Part shown: positions 1 through 20,600 of the stretch, one piece after another
Position numbering within the stretch: the first letter of the stretch is position 1
Layout of the letters: every line of letters begins with the position of its first letter
NCBI RefSeq assembly: GCF_964355755.1
Contig: NC_092670.1
Span: 17,718,795-17,782,794, forward strand
Length of the DNA stretch: 64,000 bases
Source: Antedon mediterranea
Lineage: Eukaryota; Animalia; Echinodermata
Direction: 5' to 3'
The notes under the pieces: generated by a model
The model's input: the letters and a program-made list of their open reading frames with translations, nothing else
Told to the model about the DNA's origin: nothing
Database searches by the model: none
Made by a program: the position numbers and the translations under genes

Positions 1-9724
<9,724 letters not shown>

Positions 9725-10005
9725 CAGAGAGAATTCTTATTCAGTACTTCTATTAATTGATTATTGGTTGAAAAAAAAATAGGAAAACAAGTTAACTAAA
9801 CCAATACTGTTAAAATTTTGATTATTAAGAAAAACTACCTATGGTGTCACAGTTTTGAGTCTTTGTTTTTTTTTCTTTTGATACATCACACACACAGCAT
9901 AAGAAAATATAACATTGAACATCTTCTGTATTTTTCTTATGAAGAAAAAGTCTTGCACTGCAATAGGTTGACAACCATATCAATGTGATTGTTTTTGTTC
10001 CACAG

Positions 10006-10104
10006 GAGGTTCTTCTCTTTCCTGCCATGAAACCAGATGATCAGAAAGCACCAATGGCAGACCAGAGATCAGCAGAGCAGCCTGATCTGTTACCACCGCC
10101 ATAA
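10006..10104 (+). CDS. KARS1: Lysyl-tRNA synthetase, last coding exon (upstream exons outside window)
   Basis: Acceptor ttgttccacag then EVLLFPAMKPDDQKAPMADQRSAEQPDLLPPP*. This continues in phase 0 from ...TDSNNIK, matching the LysRS C-terminus SNNIKEVLLFPAMKP. Confidence 0.93.
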   Translation, partial: EVLLFPAMKPDDQKAPMADQRSAEQPDLLPPP

Positions 10105-10966
10105 CCAGTAATTCATCTATTACTAATGTTTCTTGTAGATGGGATGATTCTTTATTAATAGGAAGCCCTCTAAAACTTAAATACATTTGTTTTAATTTAA
10201 TTATAGATTTAAATATCTAGATGTGTTTTTTCATTTAAAACAATAAATCTTGACCTGCAATAAGATCCAAGTACAGTTATTGATAAGCTATTCACATTTT
10301 AACATGTCTTACTTATATTTGAAGTGTCTATATCTACTGAATTAACTTACTAATATTCCAAGTAGACATTGATTATCTATATTTACACTGGGCCCACTTT
10401 ATTTGAATGACAATGTGTCTATAGCTACTAAAGTAGTTACTAATAATATCAATATACAGATACATGTCCTGTACCGACATTGATGAACTATTTACACTTT
10501 CGTCCTAATTGTATTTGAATGTTTGAACTTTTATGTTGTATGACAATGATGAACTATTCACACTTATCCAAATTATTATTGAATGTGTCGACGTCTACTG
10601 AAGTAGATGACAATATTAATTATGTCATAAAGATCTTTTGCAATTTACGTATGTTAATAAAGGTTTTAGAGCAATGTGTAACTGCAGCAATACTGTAGTT
10701 TAAAAACGTAAATATATCCGAGCCCACTTGGTATGAAAAGATTCTTTTATAGTTTTGCTTTTTTTGTTACAGTTAGAGAATATTTGATAGTATTATGAAA
10801 CATACTGCCAAGTTTATTATGAATAGCTGCTGATAGAAAGTGAATTGTAATGATGTAATTGTAATTAATGATTTTGAAATTTAAAATCACGGAGGCTATT
10901 AAAAATGAATAATTAAACATTTAAACAACAATAGTGATATATGATTGATAGAAAACTCTATTAAAC

Positions 10967-10987
10967 CAGGGAGTTGTTAACTCCCTG
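10967..10987. mobile_element. Minimal palindromic element (CAGGGAGTT...AACTCCCTG), same ends as 36561-36604
   Basis: Perfect 9-bp inverted ends; similar flanks attaaac/attaac. Confidence 0.45.
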
Positions 10988-11035
10988 ATTAACATAATAC
11001 AAAATATAATTGTGACACCGTGCTGAGTAGACGTG

Positions 11036-11793
11036 TTTTTAGTCGCGTGGAAGCGACTCTATAGTTCACTATGTCGGTCGGTCTGTCTGTCTGTCGGTCT
11101 GTCTGTCTGTCTGTCGGTCCGGTATCACTATGCGTTTTATCGCTTTCTGACCTTATCTTGATATCAGTTTAATCTAGCTAGGTCAATTTTTCACAGTATA
11201 TTCCTTATGGCCAGGAATCAATGTGGTTATGTTTTCACGGTGCGCAATAAAAAATTACGCGGTCTACGCACGATTTAACGAAATCACGTTTGTAATCATA
11301 TCTTCACAATCATGAATCACAATTAAATAAAATTTGGTACTCATAAATTTCAGGGCATAAATCATCATATGGCAATACAATTACGTGCGTAGCGCATGTA
11401 ACGCATGCGTACGCGCGCTTAAAATTTTCAAAATTTATTTTCGATGAAATAAGAGTACATTTCAGGCAATTTTAAGCGTTTACAAAATTGCCATAAGTGC
11501 GCATATTTTTGCGCGCGCACTGCGCGTTAAATGTTATTGCGCACTCTTTTTGCCCGATTTCTGTTTTCTTGACTTACTTTTCAACTCGAAATTACGTTAT
11601 ACGAGCACGTCGAAAGTGACAGGCTACGCACGTGTAAATTAAAAAAATATATATGTTTTTAAACATTTCAACATTTTTAAACATGTTCAGTAATTTCGGT
11701 CAGTATAGTTCACTATGTCGGTCGGTCGGTCTGTCTGTCTGTCTGTCGGTCCGGTATCACTATGCATTGTAGCACGCGATGTTGGCCTTGTTT
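11036..11793 (+). mobile_element. Non-autonomous Helentron/DINE-1-like (HINE) element
   Basis: Begins ttttAGTCGCGTGGAAGCGACT (hairpin), has (GTCT/GTCG)n microsatellite blocks near both ends, ends gcacgcga...ggccttgtttt, and sits in a T-run without a TSD. Confidence 0.65.
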
Positions 11794-11994
11794 TATGAGC
11801 TCCTAGCTTGATGGCGTAAATCAGCATATACATGTTCCTAAAGGTCTCATCTTCATATTTTTACCTGTTGCAATTCCTCTTCAACTGTGATTTTATTATT
11901 GATGTCAGGTTTACCTGTAACTTTTAAACGAGTTCTGTGAATATTATCGGTGATTGCTTTACGGTTTACTGTTGTTCTGCTCTACGGATCTGTA

Positions 11995-12767
11995 ATGTCT
12001 ACAACAAAGGACGGAACAAAGCAATCTACTAGGCATTCCACACAGGTGGTACAGGCCACGAAGACCGAGATTCTACAATGCGATGAGCTGGCAGCCATGA
12101 TCAACAACGGCATTGCTATTGCCTTTAAAAGTAAGGAAATCAAGGATATCTTAGGATGCGTAATATCAGAATTGAGTCCAAACTCACGCCACTCTTAGAT
12201 CGGTTTGATAAAATCGAAAGTCGGCTTTTCGACATTGAGCTCGCAATGGGCGAAACCTCAAATCATCTTGATAAAATCAATGATCTTGAGCAAAAAATCC
12301 AAGCACAGGATGCTGAATTAGATTCATTGCAGCAATATAGTCGACGGAATTGCATCAGGGTATTTGGAATGTCGGAGAAAGAAGGAGAAAATACTAATGA
12401 TCTAATAATTAATATGGTGAAGGATAAGCTGGCTATTGATCTATCCTCCGATCACATAGATCGATCCCATCGCACAGGCAAACGTAACGAGAAGAAATCA
12501 AAACCCAGACCCATTATTGTTAAATTTACTTGATATCAATACCGAAAGAAAGTGATTGTACAGAGAAGAAAATTAAAGGGTTCTGGCATTTCTATACAGG
12601 AAGACCTCACCAGTCGTAGAAGGGAGCTTTTATACAGAGCAAGTAGGCACGAGAAGGTGAAGAGTGCATGGTCCATTGACGGACGAATCTATGCTAGCTC
12701 TGTTTATAACGGAAAGGAAATTAGACACCATATTCGTACTTTTCTGGACCTAGATAACATCTCATAA
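11995..12767 (+). pseudogene. LINE ORF1 (coiled coil + RRM-like domain), disrupted
   Basis: ELDSLQQYSRRNCIRVFG...IDRSHRTG...PRPIIVKF...ISIQEDLT...AWSIDGRI. Frameshift near 12160-12198 and in-frame TGA at 12531. Confidence 0.85.
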
Positions 12768-13039
12768 AGAAGATCAGCAAACGAAGGGAAGTAAACAATT
12801 AACTGTTTCTTTTTCTTATTAAACATTTGAACTCTATATTACCACTTACATAAATTGCATGCATCCCTTTCTTTTATCATCATGAATAATAACTGCATGC
12901 TAATTTATTGACATTTAAATGACACTGCGGACACTTTTTCCTGTTTTGCTTCACCTCATGCTTGCGTTATTACTTTTATTAATTTTGTTTTCACTGTTTT
13001 TCACAGTTGTTTGACTCCTGTTCTTACTTTTTCAGGTAA

Positions 13040-13401
13040 TAATAATAATATCAGGTGCACCACCACTAGCTCACTCAGATCCCTTATTTTCCTCCCTAAA
13101 CCTTTTAAAGTTGAAAGATCTTAACTATCATCAACAGTGTACTTTTCTCTACTCATCGATTAACTCCCTAAACCCACCTCAATTTACAAATTTATTCCAA
13201 CCAAACGCATCTTTTCACAATTATAGAACTCGAACTGTACAGGATATGCATATCCCTCTTCATAAAAAAACTTCATTTCAATATAACATAAGATTTAGTG
13301 GACCTAAACTATGGAATAAACTACCTTCAAATATTAAAGTTGCTGTATCTAAGAAAAGCTTTTCATTTAAACTTAAAAGATATATCACATCCAAGTATTA
13401 A
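13040..13401 (+). pseudogene. C-terminal remnant of LINE ORF2 (post-RT region)
   Basis: IISGAPPLAHSDPLFSSLNLLKL...HNYRTR...IRFSGPKLWNKLP...SFSFKLKRY*, typical of CR1/L2-group ORF2 ends. Endonuclease and RT are absent. Confidence 0.8.
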
Positions 13402-13668
13402 TTTTTATTATATTACATTTTATGATAATAATTTTAATGATGAGTAACAAGAAGAAGACGAATCAATTCTTTATTTATACCAAAATTGTTTTTTGTTATT
13501 GTTATTTTACTTATTTAGTTTAACCCATGTTATGTAAATTTTTTATATTGTTATTTCTTTATTTTTTTAATTAATTTATTTATTTATTTATTTTCTTTTT
13601 TCGTGTTGTTTTTATCTAATCTTTGTTTAGGCATGTCTGTCACAAGCTTTTTGCTTTTTTGATCATGC

Positions 13669-15524
13669 TGTTACAACCGTTAATGTAGAAAACGCCAGCT
13701 TATGTCGAAACAACCGTTAATGTAGAACAATCCACCGCTTATGTAGTAAAACCTCCAGCTTATGTAGAAACACCAACAGCTTATGTAGTAAATAAAAATC
13801 AACACCAGCTAATGTAGAAACGGTCACCAGCTTATGTAGTAACGAAAAATGCCTCCCAGCTTATGTAGTTACTATCGCCAGCTAATGTAGAAAATGTTAT
13901 ATATTTTACAAAAATGTCTAAATCATGTGCAAATGCATCGATCTTTACTTAGCTATCAGTCTTTCCACCTCTCGTAAGCAACCAACTTTCTAAATCGACC
14001 ACACATCGTAAGCTACCATCTCTGTTGTTAAGGGACCGCTTCTCATAATCGACCACCTCTCATAAGGGATCACCTCCTCTCATAAGGGACCGCTTCTAAT
14101 AATCGACCACTGCACTTCTCGTAAGCGACCACCTTTTTTAAGGGACCACGACATATTTCTCTCTATTAAAGGACCGCTTCTCAATTGAATTGCCCACCTC
14201 TATTGAACTTCCACCGTTTCTGTTAAGGGACCACTTCTTATAATCGACCACCTCTCGTAATTGATCACCTCCTCTCACAAGGAATCGCTTTCCATAATCG
14301 ATCACCTCTCGTAAGCGACAATCTCTCTTAACGACCACACCTCTCGTAAATGACCACCTCTTTTAAGGGACCACGACCTCTTTTTTCTCTATTAAAGGAC
14401 CGCTTCTCATAATCGACTATCTCCCGTCACAACGACCTCTAGTAAGTGACCACCTCTATTGAACGACCACCGTCTCTTTTAAGGGACCATTTATCATAAT
14501 CGACCACGTCTCGGAAGTGATCACCTCCTCCTTTAAGGGACCGCTTTTCATAATCGACCACCTCTCGTAAGCGACTATCTCTCTTAACGATCACACCTCT
14601 CGTGGTCCTTAAATAGAGGTGGTGGTCCTTTAAAAGAGGTCGTCACTGACAAGTGGTGTGGTCGTTGAGGTGGTCGCTTACGGGAGATGGTTAATGATGA
14701 GAAGTGGCACCTGAACAGAGACGGCGGTCGTTCAATAGAGGTAGTAACTTTCCAGAGGTCGATGTAACGGGTGAAGGTCAATTATGAGAAGCGGTCCTTA
14801 AATAGAGGAGGTGCTGGCCTTTTAAAAGAGGTCGCCACTGACGAGTGGTGTGGTCGTTAAGGTGGTCGCTTACGAGATATGGTCGATAATTAGAAGCAGT
14901 CTCTAACAGAGAAAGTGGTCCTTTAAAAGAGGTCATCACTTACGAGAGATGGGGTCGTTAAGAGAGGTGGTCCTTTAAAACAGTCGTCACTGACGATTAT
15001 GAGAAGCGGTCCTTTAATAGAGAGAAAGAGGTCGTGGTCCCTTAAAAGAGGTGGTCACTTACGAGAGGTGTGGTCGTTAAGAGAGGTGGTCACTTACGAG
15101 AGATGGTCGATTATGAGAAGTGGTCCCTTATGAGAGGAGGTGATCCCTTACGAGAGGTGGTCGATTATGAGAAGCGGTAGCTTACGATGTGTGGTCGTTT
15201 TAGAAAGTTGGTTGCTTACGAGAGGTGGAAAGACTGATAGCTAAGTTAATATCGATGCATTTGCACATGATTTAGACATTTTTGTAAAATATATAACATT
15301 TTCTACATTAGCTGGCGATAGTAACTACATAAGCTGGGAGGCAATTTTCGTTACTACATAAGCTGTTGACCGTTTCTACATTAGCTGGTGTTGATTTTTA
15401 TTTACTACATAAGCTGTTGGTGTTTCTACATAAGCTGGAGGTTTTACTACATAAGCGGTGGATTGTTCTACATTAACGGTTGTTTCGACATAAGCTGGCG
15501 TTTTCTACATTAACGGTTGTAACA
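13669..15524. mobile_element. 1.86-kb foldback (palindromic) non-autonomous DNA transposon with TGT...ACA ends and 5-bp TSD
   Basis: TGTTACAACCGTTAATGTAG... / ...CTACATTAACGGTTGTAACA. TSD CATGC at 13664-13668 and 15525-15529. Arms near-perfect for over 300 bp, then inverted GACCACCTCTC repeats to a centre near 14600. Confidence 0.9.
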
Positions 15525-15831
15525 CATGCCTTCTTCAATCATATTACCTTTCTTTACACCATTGTATTGACTGTTTTATTTGGAAGAAAATAAATGTTAC
15601 TTTGAATTGAATTGAATTGAATTGAACATCGCAAAGAAATTGGTCTAAAAACATATTTATAACAAAGAAATTACTTTTCTAACTAACTAGCAAAGGCTAC
15701 GTAAAGACACGAATATCAGTTTTAAGCTTGGTTCCGACTAGGACAACGCAACGCAAGGACGTAAGCCAACTGACGTTGTGCAGTTTGTTTATTTTATTAA
15801 CTCGTACTGATTTCAGGCATATAAATAATTT

Positions 15832-16260
15832 GTGTATTATTTACATAAGTCAGCCATAACTGACCACGCTATAGGGAATGACCATATTCCAAATTGGAAT
15901 GCGAGAGTTATTGAAAAAGAAGCACAGACAGACAAAAGAAAGATAAAAGAATCTATCTGCATAAGAAAAAGACCACATAATATCAACAGAGACATTGGTG
16001 GGTATGACCTCCCACATACATATGATAGTTTGCTGGAAAAAGTTGAAGCAGGAGGGGGGCCAGCGGAGACGCTCTACCGTCAATACCAACCAGACGGCTG
16101 GTGGCGCTGTTCAGCGTCACTTACAAAAAACCAGACCATTCCAACCCAGGCATTAGTCTGAAGCAGCTGACAGATTGTCGGCGAAACGTCACGAAGGTAA
16201 TTTTATTCCTTTTCGTTGTTTTGGTTTAACATAAAAGTAAAAATCCACAAAAATATTATT
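15832..16260 (+). mobile_element. Penelope-like retroelement 3' fragment (end of GIY-YIG endonuclease + pseudo-LTR)
   Basis: SAITDHA...HIPNWN.ARVIEKE...KRKIKESICIRK...INRDIGGYDLPHTYDSLL, followed by a hammerhead-like motif. Confidence 0.85.
16158..16191 (+). ncRNA. Degenerate type I hammerhead ribozyme of the Penelope pseudo-LTR
   Basis: CTGAAGC-A-GCTGAC-agatt-GTCGGC-GAAAC-GTCA: stem II and GAAAC GUC present, but the core CUGANGA reads CUGAAGC. Confidence 0.6.
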
Positions 16261-17678
16261 TGGAACCAGATGAATTTATTCAATGTAATTTGTGTAAAAG
16301 TCTGTTCAACTTTTGAATAACAGTATCTCGTGACATTTGATTAATTCTTTGTTTCTTTACCCGTAATTTGACTTAGTGTTCACTATTTTTGTTTCAGAGG
16401 AAATCACTTTTTCCAATACTTTCACGCAGGCTTTGTGAAAATATAATTTTATTTTCACCTCATGAAATAATTCGTACCAAATGCAATTTTTTCTAATAGA
16501 CCATGGATCACAGTTAAAGTTCCGGTCAAGCTGGACCAATAATTTGATAGGCTATATCTAAATGCTAGTAAAATGTATGATGTTCGGTCTACTGTCCATT
16601 TAATTAAATTTGTATAATGAACTGTTATGGCACTTTAGACATGGTTGTACAAACAACGCCATGTGAAAATTCAAATAAATTCAATATTTTATTTTGAAAT
16701 CTCTGATACATAGAAATTAAAATTACATACATTAATTCAAACAAAACTGATTGTCGTATTTCATTTGGAATTTTCTTTAATGACAAATAAAATCAACGCA
16801 TCATTGTGGTTTTAATATTACATTACCTTTATAACAGGGTACAAGTAGACAGTGCCTAAGCTTAGAAAAGTTGAGTGTGACAGTACACGTATATACTTCA
16901 AAAACATTATGTGATGTAATGTATACCCTTGATATATTCGATGAAATAATTTTATGATGATTGCATATGGATAAAAACTGCTCCTGAACTTTCCTCGCCA
17001 AACACTCGAGGACAACTACCCATCCTTATAACACTAATTATAAACCATCCCATTTCTGTGAGGTTTAAACATTAGGCCTACGCCAATTTCATGTGATGTC
17101 GATGAAAACCATTTTGCTCACCAAATCATGGGTGTAATTTGCACCATTGCCGCTCTCGTTTTGGTCCAGTTCCTACGTGATGAACATCGCATGTGTATCA
17201 CATGTGATGCCTAGGCCTATATTATGTTCTATGACATTATGCTACATGTAAAACTGATACATCTGTGTTTTACATAAAGACCATAAGTATCAAATTTTCC
17301 TGATACTGGATACATTTAGATACAACCAAGAATCTGCAACAAATACTCGTGTTTTAAAATACAATTATTCATAATATGAAAGTGATATATGATTTTTATA
17401 ATTTTATTTTCATGTTCAGTTACAGTATAATATCTATATTTTATATAACGTTTAGTTTTTGTTTTCTCTGGCCGCCTCTTCTTTGTTTTAAACTAATTAT
17501 ATATTGTTTTAATCGTAATGATAATTATGAGGTAGGTTCTTAAAACTTGTTTCGTAGAACGCCAAAGTACGCGCAACCCAAGTACGTACGCGCACCACAA
17601 GTTAATTTGACAAGCAACAGTCACAATTGTGATTGGTCATCGAACTTTACTTTGGGAAAATTTTATTTACAAAATAAT

Positions 17679-20600
17679 TTACATTAATTCATTTGAGTTC
17701 TGTACAGTTATGTTCATTCGGTGATATCGTTTCCAATGATCCTCCGGCCACGTGACTTGATCTAATGGTATCTTCACAAAATAATCCCCTTCCGTTGTCA
17801 CCAATAGAAACAGAGCGGCAATCGCACAGAATGGAAACGCTAACATTGGTAAACCAAGTACAGCTAAGAACTGGAACAACGCTAATGACGTTACAGCTGC
17901 AATTACAGCTGGTAAAAATAAATAAAAATATGATGATAAAAAAGAGTAAAAAATATATCGCGTATTTATTGTAGGCCTACTTATTATCATTTATCACATT
18001 GAGCATCCAATGTATGATGATTTAACCAAACTTAACGTTTGACGCGCGCGCGTACTAAATATGTACCACGCTTTAATTATCGGCGTTTAAAAATCCCGCT
18101 AAATATTTGTTATAAATTGAGTTAACTGATTCAAACAATAACCATTAGATGTACACAATGATATAAATACACCTACCTGAAACAATAACTAATAGATGGA
18201 CACGCAATGATATCAACATAAAGACGCCTACCTGAAACAATAGCTAATAGATGGACACGCAATGATATCAACATAAAGACGCCTACCTGAAACAATAGCT
18301 AATAGATGGACACGCAATGATATCAACATAAAGACGCCACCAATACTGCAGGCTGTCAACACACTGTTGTACCCCATCACACCATTGTATAGAAGATCCA
18401 ACGGACATGCTAGAGATATACCTGAAACAGATATCAATATTAATAAACTCCCAAGACATTATGATAATTATGATGTAAGAGCAGTTTTCTGTTTGAGCTC
18501 ATGCCTATTACTTGCTCCTGGCAAGATGAAATGTATATCGTACTTTTAAGAAATGTTGCCGAATAAATATTATTAATTCATGTTTTAATATATTTGATTA
18601 TTATTATTTCACAAATCTTTGTTTATTTTGAACATTGAAGAATACATTTTGACGAATTGTTAAATTTTAAAAAGAGCTATTGAAAATAATAATATGATAT
18701 GCAGGAGATACGGATAGACAGAGAAGGGTAACGTTATCCGACCTTGGACGTTCATTACGTTTATTGCGGTGCTACATAGTATATTCAATATCACATATTT
18801 ATGTTGAATCATTGTAATAGGCCTATATGTATATCTTCAAATTCAAACGTAGATATGTTACATGTACCCGTAAGTGGTGTGGCATTGATAATGTAGTTCT
18901 ATTAAGCGTATAATTGATGATCAATATAACCCGATAAATACAAAAATAGCAATCAATTATTATAGATTACTTAATTGTGTTTATTATTAATAAATATTTG
19001 CAGAACTTACCTTACTAACCATAATTGATTTTATTGTTTCAATAATAAATATTATGAATTTATGTGGAGCTATAGCTTACCAACTATAATACCAATGAAT
19101 GATCCCCAAATGGCGTGCCATAGAATGATTGGGGAGCATATTGCCATAGCAGCCGCTACTAAGCAACCAGAAACAACATCATCACAACCATAGCATTGTC
19201 CAATTCCTCTGGGTAGTCCCTTGAAGATCTTAACAGATAATGAATAAAATATAAAAATAAGAAAAACAAATTTAAAAAAATAAACCATTAAATAGCTTGG
19301 TTTCCACTTCGCAATCCAATAATGCACGCGCGCAAGCGATATGACAATCATAGCATCAATTCGGATGATTCATCGCTAGTGCTTAGTTTGTTTCCAGCAT
19401 GCAGCACAAGGACGAAACGCAACTGTCGCTTGTGATTGGTCAACTCGCTTGCATCGCGTCTACGTCCTTGCTTGGTTTATTTAAGATTAGTCCTTGCGCT
19501 ACATCCCCCCCCCCCCCTCTTTGTCCCGGTACCTTACCTCAGCCCAATCTACGTCATTCCCGATCCACGGTATTGTTGCTGCTACTGGTTTTTGCGGGAA
19601 GAAATCATTAGAATGTGTTGTTGCCGTCACAAACAAAAATGTTACTAAGTTAAATGACAGGTTGAACGCCGGAAGAGATACGCGGCCAAATAAGTTGTTT
19701 AATGCACTCGAAACAAAAACACTGTAAAGAAAGATATATCATAGACAATTACCTTCTATTGACTATGAATACATAATATAAATACATTAATTCACTTGTA
19801 CTCACTGAGTTGACCAATCACAAGCACAGCACACTAAAAAAAAAATCGCTTTTCTACAAGCATTGGATTGACAGTGGCATTATCAGTATTAAAGACATTG
19901 TTAATAAGAACACTTTTTTAACATCAAACGAAATACTGGTGAAACTACAATGTAAAACAAACTGGTTAAATGAGTATTTGTGCATTATTAAGGCAATACC
20001 AATTCAATATGGAAACGTATTATTAAGGAGGTAGATATTTTCAATTGTGATGATAAAGATGAATTAGTTGGGACAAAGTATGAGATTAATACTACCAAAC
20101 TAATATACTCATGGTTTGTGAAAGAATATTTCATTATTCCAATGTCACAACTAAAATGGGAAGAGTACTTCAATGATAACAACATTGATTGGAAAACTTC
20201 TTGGTTACGGAAAGTATGTAAAATGAAAGATAAGAAACTAGCACAATTCAATTATAAGATGTTACATAGAATACTGCCTACCAACAAACGGCTGTATCAG
20301 TGGAAAGTTAAGGAAACACAAACGTGTGACAAATGTGGAGAAATTGAAAATGAAAATCATTTGTTTTTTAGTTGTAGATTTATTCAGAAATATTGGAGGA
20401 AAATGCTTAGTATCTTTGTAAGTTTAAATCACAATAATATATCATTTAAACAATTAATACTAGGAACGGGAGATAAGCTAATAGATTATATTTACACTTT
20501 TGCAGCATTTACTATTTATAGAATAAAAATGTTATCTGCACTAAATAAGCCAGTGGGTAAATCTTTATGGAATTTATTTAAAAGCAATATGTTATATAAC

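Larger units (their letters stand above)
11011..15627 (+). mobile_element. Internally deleted CR1/L2-group LINE (ORF1 + extreme 3' end of ORF2 + 3' UTR) carrying two nested insertions
   Basis: ORF1-like protein, ORF2 C-terminal motif, 3' stem-loop ggcatg...catgcc, aataaa and a (TTGAA)n tail at ~15602-15627. The 5' boundary is approximate. Confidence 0.7.
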
